Assembly: GCF_006345805.1 (NCBI RefSeq)
Contig: NC_043001.1
Location: 95,914,001 to 95,978,000, forward strand
DNA length: 64,000 bases
Source of the DNA: Octopus sinensis
Lineage: Eukaryota
Reading direction: 5' to 3'
This document shows, piece after piece, positions 40,800 through 54,329 of the stretch. Numbering within the stretch: position 1 is the first letter of the stretch; each line of letters opens with the position of its first letter. The notes under the pieces are model-generated. The model made no database searches. It was not told where the DNA came from and saw only the letters and a list, made by a program, of their open reading frames with translations. Made by a program: the position numbers and the translations under genes.

Positions 40800-41270
40800 T
40801 AATAATAATAATAAAATAAAATAATAATAATAATGATAATAATAATAATAATAAAAATAAAATAAATTTTTTTTTTAAATATCACTGATGGTGATGGTGA
40901 TGATGATAATAATGATAGTAATAGTGCTGATAATCTATCTATCTATCTACACACACACACACTCAAAGAGTTCAACCAACACAAAACCTCACCTCGGCTC
41001 TATTGTTAACCAAATATGAAAGTATTATTTGACAGACAAGAACTTTGACATTGAAGACAGTCAGCCAGCCAACCACCAAGCCAGCCAACGAGACAGACAG
41101 TCACTACTGTGATGGTGATGATGGTAAAAAATAACAATAATAAGATACTGCTGTGACTACACATAAAACAATATCATTGATGATGATGATGGTGATGATG
41201 ATAATGATGATGGTAATGGTGGTGATAATGATGATAGTGATAATAATGGTGATGATAATAACAATAATAA
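40737..41270. repeat. (TAA)n and degenerate (GAT/GGT/AAT)n tracts upstream of the Dong element
   Basis: Direct reading. Confidence 0.9.
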
Positions 41271-44200
41271 GCCGACTACGGCTGTTATAATGGTACGATT
41301 ATAATTGTAACGGCAATGATGGCCGTCTCCCCACGAGCCAATCAAAGCTGAAAAATGATAACATTATCGTAGCACCAAAATGTTTTTGGAAACTAAAAGG
41401 AAAACTAAATCAGTATACCAAATCGCTTGTCCTATGGTTAATCTGGAAGCGCGTCCCCTAGGGAAGTGCCAGCCTAGGATCGGAAAGTCATCAACTGGCA
41501 CAAACTCTTCTCCGAATACGGACATGGATGGTCGAGCCCTCCCCAACTCGAGCCCTCCAAGTTCACCACCACAACCACCACAGAAAGAAAATTGTAAGCG
41601 GAACAAATGGACCCGAGAAGAGTATAAAGAAGTAATATACGCTTATTACTATGCATTAGGTAGGCCATCTCAAGAGAGACACACCGCAAACTCTTACAGT
41701 ATATGGAGAACACGGAATCAAGACAGTAGGCCCTATTTGGACGAGAACAAATTAGCAAATGTGAGGAGGGATATCCTTAGAAATAACAGACTCACAGACA
41801 GTGAAATAAGCGCGATCAAGCACGCAACGGAAAATGACATAAATATAAGACACAAAGGAAATGAAGAATCAGATGAACAGTATATTCGCCACGAGGCTTA
41901 ATTGAAAGACTGCCATCTGACCAAAGTACGCAAGGCCTGAAGATACAAGAAATTCTATTGTACCTGTTAAAGATAGCCAGGAAAACGAAAAACAACAGTA
42001 ACTGAAGATCTCGCATTTGCTGAAGAACACAGAGAGTCTATGGCAGAAATGAGGCAGAAAATCCTGAATACGCTTGAAGTTGTAAGACATATAAGTATGA
42101 ATGATAGAGAACCACTTCATAAACTCTCAAATACAAACCAAAATAAAAAACAAATCCAAATTGGCAACTATGTAACAAATGAAATAATACGAGAATTAAA
42201 ACCTGATTTTACTGAGTTAAATGAAATTATTTACGCTTCTGCTAGGGCAATTGAAACCAGCTGTATGCCCCCGAAAAAACAAAGAAAACAAAACCTGGGA
42301 AGAAATCAAACCTGGAGAAGTAAAATTGAAAAAGAGATTGAATTTATGAGAGGGGAAATATCAATATTAAATGAACTAATATGTGGAAATGATGTAAGAT
42401 CCAGAACAGGAAAAAAGATGAAGAGAAAATTTGGTTCCTCACCAAGAGAAGAACTGATATCAATAAAAGAAACGCTGAAACAAAAAGTCCAAGCAAAAGC
42501 CCAAAGAATACGAAGATTTGAGAAGAGAAACAAGTTTTACAAGCAAAATAAGCTGTTCACATCCAATGCCAAAAAATTCTACAGAGAAATAGGGAAGGAG
42601 AAAGTAACCGTTAAAGACCCCCCTCCCATGGAAGAAGTTCAAAACTTTTGGAAAAGGATTTGGAGTGACAAGAAGACGTACAACATAAATGCAGACTGGA
42701 CTATACAAACTGAAGGATCCTACCAAAATTTACAACAACAAGCATGGGAAGACATCACAATAGCAGACCTAAGAAAGGCACTCACGAAGGCCCATAATTG
42801 GAAATCCCCCGGTAAAGATAGGGTGCCGAATTTCTGCCTCGCATGGCTCCCATGCGCACACGGTAAGCTAGTTCAGCTGCTCAATGGAATTATGAGAGAC
42901 CCAAAGAAAACGCCTGAATGGTTAGCAAGTGACATTGCTTACCTACTCCCAAAGAATAACGAAACCAACCTTCCAAAGAACTATCGGCCTATAACCTGTC
43001 TATCCACCACGTATAAAATCCTAACATCTATCCTGGCGAGAAAAAATATGCATTCATGGAGAAGAACGATATTTTCCCCATGGAACAAAAAGGGTGCCGC
43101 CGAGGCTCTTACGGATGCAAAGATCAACTGCTAATCAATCGTATGATCCTTGAGAACTGTCACAACAAGCGCAGAAATCTCAGCACCGCATAGATTGACT
43201 AACACAAAAAGGCTTCGACAGTATACCGCATCCATGGATCTTGAGATCGCTGGACATCTTCAAAATTTCCCCTGTGATTTCAAACTCCTGAAGCACAATA
43301 TGTCGTTGTGGAATACGAATCTCCAATTATACCACTCCAATGGAGTACTTGCCTCAGAAAATATAAACATCAACTGTGGAATTTTCAAGGTGACTCACTT
43401 TCACCTTTAATATTCTGCATAGCCGTAATACCCCTTACAAGTGAATTAAACAGAACAGGGTATGGGTATAAAATTGCCAATAAAAAAAAAGCCATCTATT
43501 TTATATGGATGACTTAAAACTTTATGGTAAAGACAATAATGAACTTGAAGGCCTATTGCGCACCATGAAAGCATTCAGCGATGACATCGGGATGGAGTTT
43601 GGACTTGAGAAATGTGCCAAGGCCACATTCCAGAAAGGGAAAGTGAAGACCACAAATTCAGTCGTGTTAGATGTTGACACAGTCATAAAAGAGCTTGAGC
43701 AAGAACAAACATACAAATATTTAGGGATAAATGAAGGCTCTGGTATTCAGCATGCAAGCATGAAAGAGAAAATCAGGAAGGAATGTTATAGGAGAGTTCG
43801 TGCAGTCCTGAATCTGAACTAAATGCACGTAACAAGGTGTTAGCTATAAATTCCTTAGCAGTTCCAGTTGTTACTTATAGCTACAATGTGTTGAACTGGA
43901 ATATGAGTGAAGTAAGAATATAGATAGAAAAATACGCAAGCTGCTGAGTTGTAATAGGATGCACCACCCAAAGGTAGACGTAGATCGCCTTTACCTTCCC
44001 AGAGCCCAAGGAGGTCGAGGCCTGATCCATTTAAACTAGCTTACAAAACAACCACAATTGGACTGGCCAAATATCTCGAAATATCGAATGACTGGATGCT
44101 AAGCTCGTGGAAAATCACGAGAGACGAGAGAAGCTTCATTCTATCATAAAGAAAGCAAAAAATTTGCTATTGATCTCGTGCAGGATACCCAAACTGAACA

Positions 44201-45231
44201 ACCCGAGGGAAGTACGGCAACTATTGTTGCAAAGAAGGTGAAAATGATGGCAATGAAAAAAGCGCACGAGCAATTGGCTGATAGGTGGGAGGAGAAACCT
44301 CTGCACGGCAAATATGTGACCCGCAGCAAACAAGCTGATGTTGACCAGAAGCAAACACATCAGTGGCTACGGAGCTCAGGGCTTAAAGCAGAAAGCGAAG
44401 GTTCCATCCTGGCTGCTCAAGATCAAAGCCTATTAACCCGGAACTACCAGGCCAATGTGATGAAAAATGGAGCAGACCCAAAATGCCGGTTCTGCAACGA
44501 CATGATTGAAACAGTGGACCACCTAATATCTGGATGTAAAGTCTTAGCACCAGTGGAGTATAAATTAAGACATGACAGAGTTGGCCAATATCTCCACTGG
44601 CTAATAAGTCGGCATTACAATATCAAAACTGCCGACAAGTGGTATAATCACCACCCTGAGGCTGTAACTGAAGGAGAAAATGTAACCATTCTGTGGGACT
44701 TTCCAGTACATACAGACCGAACCATCAAGGCCAATAAACCAGATATTGTTGTGAAAGACCAAAACAATAAAGTTTGCTTATTGATCGACATGAGCATCCC
44801 CTGTGATCATAATATCTCAGCGAAAGAGTTTGACAAGCTCAGAAAATATAAAGACCTACTCATTGAAATTGAGAAAATGTGGCATCTCAAGGCGGTTACA
44901 ATACCAGTGATCGTAGGAGCACTAGGAATGATTAAGAAGGGAACCGAAAATTATATGAGAATGATCCCTGGCTTACCATCCCTGCAAGAAGTGCAAAAGA
45001 TAGTCTTAACTGGTACATCACACGTATTGAGAAGAGCATTGTCGATGTGAGAACTGTTGCTGCTCATGTATTTTAATTTAACTTTAAAAAAAAATGAAAA
45101 AATAAAAATGAACGAATTACTGAGTTTGGTTTAATGGCCTACCAATGTATACTATGAGTTTCTTTGCCCTAGGAGTCGGGAAGACACTCGGCAAGAAATG
45201 GAAGCAAATTTGAAAGAAGAAAAAAGAAGTA
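41271..45231 (+). mobile_element. R4/Dong-clade non-LTR retrotransposon with restriction-like endonuclease, near full length
   Basis: Single disrupted ORF with N-terminal, RT, CCHC and RLE domains; 5' end follows ataacaataataa and 3' end runs into (TAA)n(GAA)n. Confidence 0.9.
41380..45050 (+). pseudogene. Disrupted R4/Dong polyprotein (Myb-like N-terminus, RT, CCHC finger, PD-(D/E)xK RLE)
   Basis: KRNKWTREEYKEVIYAYY; KSPGKDRV; NYRPITCLSTTYKILT; GCKDQLLIN; FQGDSLSPLIFC; MDDLKLY; GMEFGLEKCA; CRFC...ETVDHLISGC; KPDIVVKD...LIDMSIP...KYKDL; multiple frameshifts and in-frame stops. Confidence 0.95.
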
Positions 45232-45251
45232 AATAATAATAATAATAATAA

Positions 45252-45282
<31 letters not shown>

Positions 45283-45362
45283 AAGAAGAAGAAGAAGAAA
45301 AAGAAGAAGAAGAAGAAGAAGAAGAAGAAGAACGATGTTTAAGATGATGATGATGATGAGAG
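45231..45362. repeat. (TAA)n-(GAA)n-(GAT)n compound microsatellite
   Basis: Direct reading. Confidence 0.95.
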
Positions 45363-47514
45363 GTGAATGATGATGAGGGGAGTATATGGGTCATTCAACG
45401 AGTACTAATTTAAATGTAATATAGTTACGTATGGTGTAGGAAATGCAACATGGCACAAGACATAGTACCACCTGTTAAGTGTTAACCGGGACCATCATGC
45501 ATCCGTTTGGTTTCAAGGACACATTTTTTTTCAAATTGTACCTGCAATCAAATTCCGTGCAGCAAGCATGATTGTATTCGAAAAACTTATTGCAACAATT
45601 GGCATATATAGTGTCCAAAATCCATGGCCTCTCGTCTCTTATTCTGATTTCAACAGTAAGCATTTGCAGATATTATGACTTAAATTCTAAGAGTTATTCC
45701 TTTATATATCCGTTCCTTGATTAAGTACATGTAGCTCAGATCAGCCCTCACCAATCACATCATAAACTGTGATATCAGGGATTACTTATTCTAGATTTCA
45801 TATTTATTTACACCGATATTTCTAGTAATGAAATCGAAATTTTTCCAAACATGGTCTATGTAATATCCTGCAACTATCTGCAAGCGCCATACACGTACTC
45901 CAACACCGTTTATCATTTTTAATTTTTAAACACGGTTACATACTAATACACTGTAATAACATGTACAAATGAATACACATATATGAAAACTATGATTCAA
46001 AGTAACATTTATCAACGACTTAGTCTGCATAGATCGGTATTTTTTTCTGCATTTTAAAATCTAATATTGAAATAATGATAAAAGAAGATAATATAGATAA
46101 CGTAGAAACTACATTTGTTCTAGCCTAAATTCAACATACATTTCCCTTTTCATTCTCACAAATGTACAAATATCTTATGCTTCTATATACATACACATAT
46201 TCCTAGGCACTTTCAAACATTCAAAAACACATGCGTGTGTAGTCATACGCATGTATCTATATGTGTAGGAATAATAAAGAAAGTAATAACTATAAAAATA
46301 TTTCCAAAATACCAAACTATTAATATGATTGCATACTTCTGTTTGCCCTTCTAATTCCATTTCTGCTGTTCTTTTATTCTTCATGTTGATTCTGTTTTCT
46401 TTTTTAATCCCAAAGTACATGAAACAATTCATTTCACTTAATGCTAACTACTTTACAGATAATATATTTACCTATTGACGGACATGTTTTAAGCTATTGA
46501 TTTACGTGTTTTTTTTTGTTTTAGTTTTGAGGTTGTTGTTTTGTTTGTTTGTTTGTTTGTTTTTGATAAAATTCGATTATTTTCCAAAAGAAATCTCTCA
46601 TAAAACAACAAAATGAAAATATATCAAAACAGATATAAAGGTAAACCATAAAAAAGAATACAGTTTCATATCAAATATATCACGCAAATTTATTGCTAAT
46701 TATTATATGGCAAGGGAATAATTACATTAAAAAGAAACTTACTTTTTTTCCTTCGGTCAATTTCACTAATGGGAAATAACCAAACTACATTAGTATTACC
46801 GTTTTAATGAATATCAATTATCTCTTTCCTTTAATCTCTTTATTTTTGCTTACTCCTTCACTATATTTTAAATCCGGTTTCCCTCTATTTAAGCTTTTCG
46901 CTTCTGCATCTCTTTCGTGATCCATACAACTTAAAACTTAAAGTAAGTAAAGAAATATCAATAAAGAAGTAAATAAAAGTAGGTCATAAGTAAAATTTCA
47001 TAAAATAAACTGAATATCAGCAATCATGACTGCACATAATTGCAAATAGAAGTAGTTATCTCGAAGTATGCAGAAGCAAAATTCACATTATATAACAACA
47101 ACAGACTAGACAGTACATCTTATAATGTTTTCTGTCACGCAATTCTGGCAAATACGTATTATGACAGTCTACAGAAAGTTTTGACTTTTAGTAGTAACAC
47201 TGTACAGCAATTGGAAATATTTGAAATTTGACGAGATCGAGAAATTGGCATACCATACAAAGTGGGTCACGTGACAGGGAAATAAGCGAAACAACTTAAG
47301 AACCAAACTATATTGAACTACGTCAAATTCTACATACATATATATATATATATATATATAATATATATATATATATATACACATTGATAACGTGCACATA
47401 AACACATGCCTATTGAAATATATAAATACATAAAATAGCTATATGCGCATGGATGCCTATATCTATATGTATATACGCATATATTAGTATGAAGACAGTA
47501 GTTTTTAAGAGTAT

Positions 47515-47751
47515 ACTCTTTTTACTCATTTTACTTCTTTCAGTCATTTGACTGCGACCATGTTGGAGCACCGCCTTTAGTCAAGCAAATCGACCCCAGG
47601 ACTTATTCTGTGTATGCCTAGTACTTATTCTATCGGTCTCTTTCTTTTGCAGAACCGCTGAGTTATGGGAACATAAACACACCAGCATCTGTTGTCCAAG
47701 GGATGTTAACGGAGGAGACAAACACAGATACACAAAAATAAACACACAAAC

Positions 47752-47797
<46 letters not shown>

Positions 47798-47957
47798 GAC
47801 GGGCTTCTTTCAGTTCCTGCCTGCCCAATATACTCACAAACATTTGGTCGGCCCGAGGCTATAGTAGAAGACACTTGCCCAAGGTGCCACGTGGTGGGAC
47901 TCGACCCGGAACCCTGTGGTTCTTAAGCAAGCTACTTACCACACAGCCACTCCTACA
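47515..47957 (-). mobile_element. Full-length SINE family A
   Basis: Head ...caagctacttaccacacagccactcct and tail ttctttcagtcatttgactgcgaccatg are both present. Confidence 0.9.
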
Positions 47958-47969
47958 CTTATATATCTA

Positions 47970-48022
<53 letters not shown>

Positions 48023-48024
<2 letters not shown>

Positions 48025-48499
48025 TTTCAACAATTTAGGGTAAAATTAATTAATTATTAATCAATTTCACCAAGTATTCAGTATGTAAAGGGACCATTTA
48101 AGGCGAATTCAAAATATTACATTTTATAAAGGGCTTAGTAAAATAAATTACTTTGCCACATACTGAACTCATTAGAAATAGCAGCCCAAAAAAATTTTTT
48201 TAGCCATTTCTAATACTTAAAGAAAATTTCTCTCAGATAGTGTTTACTCAAAATAGCCCACGAAGGTATGGGGGTAAAAACATTTAAAAACCACAAGTGC
48301 AAAGATTATTTGAGAACGTACGTTTCTAGATCAGCCAAATACAATTCGGCATTTCTTTCGTCAGCTCAAAATTCCTTAATTCGGATTTGTAAACACTGAA
48401 GTATTAGAAATGGCTAAAATAATTTTTTTTGGCTGCTATTTCTAATGAGTTCAGTATGTGGCAAAGTAATTTATTTTACTAAGCCCTTTATAAAATGTA

Positions 48500-48503
<4 letters not shown>
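48023..48503. mobile_element. Young foldback/MITE element: near-perfect ~105-bp inverted repeats (48114-48218 / 48399-48503); left arm extends to ~48023
   Basis: atattacattttataaagggcttagtaaaataaattactttgccacatactgaactcattagaaatagcagcc...ctaatactt is mirrored on the right, where it ends in (TA)n. Confidence 0.9.
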
Positions 48504-48560
<57 letters not shown>

Positions 48561-48973
48561 GTATGTGTGTGTGTATGTTTAATATTTCTTGTATGTAGGG
48601 ACCACAACTAGCAACAGCATCCACACGACTTCTAGTAAAACGGTGCAGTTACTTCTGTACTTGGTAGTATTACCGGCTATCATATACATCACAAATGTAG
48701 GTAAAAGATCGATCAATTTAAAACGCATTGATCTATGTAGACATGATTTAATAGAGTGTTCCCCTGAAGAATTGTTATAATTCTGCATCCAGCTGCAGCT
48801 AGTAAACACAGTAGGGAAGGAGGTAACTAATCACAAATGCAAAAACGGCATAAGGAATTAAAGATATAATGTGCATCTTGTGATTATAATAATTTCCCTA
48901 CATTTTCTATGATATCTACCTCTAAATGAAAACAACTCCCTCTCTATCTTTTGACTTTTGCATAATGTCAGCG

Positions 48974-49004
<31 letters not shown>

Positions 49005-49298
49005 TGTATGTATGTATATATGTATGTGTGTGTATGTATGTTTACATACACTCACTTATACACATATATAATCCAAATAAGAAAAAAACGGAAAGAGAAA
49101 ATCACAGAATACCAGTTACAATTAAACTGTGTTGGTTTTATTTTTACGTCATTGTGCGCAAATGTGGTCAGGAGAGATCTCATAGCCACACAGGGAATAG
49201 CTCGAATGGTGTGGAACAAACACAAATACAAACACGCGATTTTGAAGAATGTAGTGTCTTGAAGGCTAACGACTGATGCATATATATATATAATACAT

Positions 49299-49363
<65 letters not shown>

Positions 49364-49381
49364 TACAATATATATATATAC

Positions 49382-49440
<59 letters not shown>

Positions 49441-49455
49441 TATATATACATACAT

Positions 49456-49513
<58 letters not shown>

Positions 49514-49533
49514 CATATATACATATATATATT

Positions 49534-49595
<62 letters not shown>

Positions 49596-50738
49596 TACAT
49601 ACATGTACATATGTAGGTACGTATGTCAAGGTATCCAAGTGCAGAAAGTTTGTAATCTTCGAACATTTTTGCTGCTATTATAGACGACAAAAACTGGGCG
49701 ATGTAGTATAAAACGATTTTATGAACAAATAATTATTTGCGACAGAAGCAGAAATAATATGTAATAAAAGTTAACATTATTCCAACTTAAAAGAGGATGC
49801 TATGGTAGGACATAGAATACTACCATAGTTACTATGATGGCTGAAATCACGTTATCTGATAACTATCGTAGTGTATTAACATCGTAATTTACACATCGTA
49901 TGCCATATTGAAATCAGAAGAAATTTCGATAACTTCATTTTGAACGCACGCTAGCAAAGTAATGATTGTTCCATACGTGGTAACATACACAGAAGTAGCC
50001 TTGCTAATCTCCAGTTCTTATATCCATAACATCTTTCAATTTGTCAAATATATGTTTACGTCATCGAGCGTGTGTGTATATATATAAATTTATTTAAATT
50101 TTCCTCGTCTTATATTTATTTTGGTTTTAAATGATTTTGGAATTTTACTACTATAAAAAAAATATATTGTTATGCGTATATATAGCTTTCATATATAGTG
50201 TTTAAAGCGTTTTGTTTCTAATTATTGATGTTGGTTCTGGTATGCTTAGCTTTACTTTAATTTAATCCGATTTATCTATCACTATATATAATTAAAAACT
50301 AATTGTACAATTTCTCACATACAAAATTAGACGTTCTCATTAAAAATACAACGCATTTAGCATTCTTGCGTATAAATGTCTCAAAAGATTCTATAATCTT
50401 CTTGTTAATCTTCTTGTCTTCACATTATTTCTTTCATTCATATATTCTTTTTATAAACTATATCTTGTAATCTTATAATCTACATAGTTGACGCTTATAC
50501 TTGTCTGTAAATACTCTGAAGACGTGACTCATCAACATATCAGACCTTTGAAGAATTACACTCACATATTAAGTCGTTGAAAGCAGATTCCTGAATCTAA
50601 TATAATTCATGCATATTTAATGTAATGAAGACTTACATTAAATGTGTATGTGAAGCTAAGTAATATATCTCTCATTATATCTATTTAAGCATTTATGAAT
50701 ATCACAGACAATCTATTCATCTATTTATTCAACTAACA

Positions 50739-51042
50739 GGCCCTGCCCTATTTAACATTGTCCCGAGGGAGATCAAAGAGGAAAAGGATCCCATCAACTT
50801 CAAACAGAATCTGGATAGATTCCTTCAAAGAATACCAGATAAGCCACCCATAATTGGATACAACTCACCCAACAAAAACTCACTACTTGAACAAAACTGC
50901 GAACAACTCACCCAACAAGAACTCACTACTTGAACAAAACTTGACTTAAACAGGATTCGAATAATCCTATCAGGTGGTGCTATTAAGTTAGACATGGCCT
51001 GGACCAATCTCTGGTCGAAACATATCTAAGTTTGTATCTAAG

Positions 51043-51047
<5 letters not shown>
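50739..51047 (+). mobile_element. 3' end of a CR1-group LINE (ORF2 C-terminus, 3' UTR and short repeat tail)
   Basis: GPALFNIVPREIKEEKDPINFKQNLDRFLQRIPDKP matches the LFN.LP...FK..LD.FL..IPD.P motif; internal 38-bp direct repeat (50861/50904); tail (tatctaagttt)x2. Confidence 0.8.
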
Positions 51048-51096
<49 letters not shown>

Positions 51097-51368
51097 CTTC
51101 AAATGCTTGCCTCGCTTTAAAGTTTGCTGGCCTCTTTAACAATTATATATTATATATTCGCTATATCGGAAATATGCAATAGCTCCATAACTACCGTCTC
51201 GGCTAAACCATGGAGCCCTAGTAATCCGTTATAGCACTTACCTAATCGTTTAGATCACCTATGAACTACACACCCATAAGTTGTACATATATATATATAT
51301 ATATTATATATATATATATAATATATATATAATATATATATATTATATATATATATATATATATCATA

Positions 51369-51672
51369 GTTCCAAGCATTACGAAGCTTCCGAAAAATCC
51401 CATAAATACTCGCGATTGAAAGCGGGGTAATGAGAAGATATTTAAAAAGACTCGACATGAATTGCGAATTAGATGATTTGAAGATGAAAACCTTAAATAG
51501 ATTTTCTTCTATCTTCAGCGCAATATATATAAAATATGTACTAAGCAGTGTTTATAACAAAGCAGTGCCCATAACAAAGCGATTTTGCACGTCTATACAC
51601 AAACACTTGCAAGTATAGATTCGAAAGAGTCAGTACTTATGGACGTTTTTTGTAGCTTCGTAATGCTTGGAC
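51369..51672. mobile_element. MITE with ~40-bp terminal inverted repeats
   Basis: tccaagcattacgaagct (51371) is perfectly inverted at ...agcttcgtaatgcttgga (ending 51671), with further imperfect pairing inward. Confidence 0.75.
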
Positions 51673-51698
51673 ATTAAATCAGTATGTAGGTATGTATG

Positions 51699-51777
<79 letters not shown>

Positions 51778-51804
51778 TATATATATGTATGTATGTATGT
51801 ATGC

Positions 51805-51840
<36 letters not shown>

Positions 51841-53137
51841 ATATATATATATATATATTAAATTCGTATTGAAAAGTAACTAAAACTTGTGGAGCATATA
51901 CACTATTCTTTGATTTGACCTATATGAATAGCTCGTTGAAAATTAATAAAGGTATCCTATGTAAACGCATTAGTGATATATTCAAACACATTTAGCGATA
52001 CCCTATTGATTAAGAGATTCAGATTATCTACTCCTTCCACTGGCAGCGTTGCAATATGGTTTTGAAAGGTTTTATGCAAGTGTTGTTATTGCTGAGCAGT
52101 ATTTCTGCTATAGAGGTCAGCGTCCAGATGTTCATTGCCGAGGAAGTTTACCATGATAAAATGTTGAATAAATTGAGAGACATTACGACATGTTTACCAT
52201 TCTCATGTTTTATGCAACATTTTAGCAAGGATATACTGTGGTTTCTACAGGCCTGAAGATGGCTTCAAATCAAATCTAATTTATCGATATTGCAACAAAC
52301 AAGCCGTGTAGTGCTTCTTAATTTTATTTACACTGACAGGTCATAGTTCACAAGTAATAAAATCAAAATAGGGAAAAGTTCTAATTGCGTTTCGAGGCTA
52401 CTCTGCAAAGTATAGTGTACAGAATATATTTTTTATCGAAGACATATGTACAAGCAGAAACCAAGTACGAACAACAATGAAATGAGAAAAGTCTTCGAAG
52501 CAAAGAAACGGAAATGATCTGTGGAATACGGAAATATGAAAATACAATAGAACGTTACTATCTATACATAAGGAAGTCATAATCTGCAACGTGGAAATTA
52601 CACCCGAGGAAGTCAAATTAGATAATGTCAAAGCAACAGGAAAATCTTACAAATAATGAATTTCAAACAGAAAGCAGAATAATGAAAGAACAAATGGTGA
52701 GAAACCCAATCCGCTGCCTATAGAAGGCAAGACTTTACGGAGAAATATTAAAGCAGAAAGTAATCTGATGATTAGTCAAAAGACCTAAACTAAAATTATG
52801 ATTACTAATTATAATTAGTACAATTTTGAGTATATGCTCTATATTTTGGTTACAGAAATTCCAATTTTCATGCATAATAATTCTTCGACCAAATTTCGGA
52901 AATATTTTCTGAAGAAAATTTGGACTGTGAATTATTTTACAGGCGTTATTTTCTTCCTGATGCTAATTATGTATTTGAACATGTTTTACTTCAGATCTAC
53001 TTTTTAGCAAAGAGAAACCGGGTCTTGATATATATCATTATGGGTACATGACAATATTACTTGTTTACTGCATACGCAGTATTGCTCAATGGCAATAGTT
53101 AACCACATGATCCTGTCCATACATATTCACATTATTA

Positions 53138-53948
53138 AAAATAAAATAAATGCGCCATTTTAAAGCCTAGACTGGCTCATGGGTCCGGTTTCCCGGTTTC
53201 TATGGCGTACGTATTCTCCCCAGCTGGACGGGACGCCAGACCATTGCAGCGTTACTCAAAAATCAGGAAGAAAGAGTGAGAGTACAGCAGGAGTCACCAC
53301 CACCCCTGCCGGAGCTTTAGGTGTTTTCGCCCAACAAACACACACAACGCCCGGTCTAGGAAGCGAAATCGTGATCCTCCCACCGCGAGTTCGCTGCCCT
53401 AATCGGTGGACCATTGCGCCTCCACATCGCCCTTTTAAAGCCTAGCCAGGCACATGGGTCCGGTTTCGCGATTTCTATGGCGTATGCGTTCCCCAGCTGG
53501 ACGGGACGCCAGACCATTGCAGCGTTACTCAAAAATCAGGAAGAAAGAGTGAGAGTACAGCAGGAGTCACCACCACCCCTGCCGGAGCTTTAGGTGTTTT
53601 CGCCCAACAAACACACACAACGCCCGGTCTAGGAAGCGAAATCGTGATCCTCCCACCGCGAGTTCGCTGCCCTAATCGGTGGACCATTGCGCCTCCACAT
53701 CGCCCTTTTAAAGCCTAGCCAGGCACATGGGTCCGGTTTCGCGATTTCTATGGCGTATGCGTTCCCCAGCTGGACGGGATGCCAGTCCATCGCAGCGTTA
53801 CTTATTTTTGCCAGCTGAGGGGACTGGAGCAACGTGAAATCAAGTGTTTTCCTCAAGAACACGACGCGTTAGCCAGTCCAGGAATTGAAACCACAATATT
53901 ACGATCATGATGCTGACACCCTATCCACTAAGCCACTGGCCTCCACTG
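53138..53948 (-). mobile_element. Head-to-tail SINE trimer (A'-B-B) with V-domain-like body, flanked by a 12-bp TSD
   Basis: TSD ttcacattatta at 53126-53137 and 53949-53960; tRNA-like heads ending at 53948, ~53698 and ~53425; exact 273-bp internal duplication. Confidence 0.9.
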
Positions 53949-54329
53949 TTCACATTATTAGCAAATATTAAACAATCACAAATGATGTGTTCAATTGTTT
54001 TGTTTTATAGAGATAGAAGAAAATGTCTGATTCTTAGATACAAGGTGTAGAACCACAAAATTGCAATTACAACATAATAATAAAAAGTTGCAGACAGTAC
54101 CTCTGACATGAGATATTGATCATGTTTACATATGTCCTAGCCTTTTCACCTTTGAATATAAATACAGAAAATATTGATACGGCAGCTATCTGCGTTGCAG
54201 GTGCCTGGTGTATATTTACCAGACGAGTAGTCATGATCTGTATAATGAGCTCCGGATATTTCTAACCCAGTGAGACTTTGATGGCTTGTGCTAATCTTTC
54301 ATGATAACAATATTTCACAGTTTAGCACA

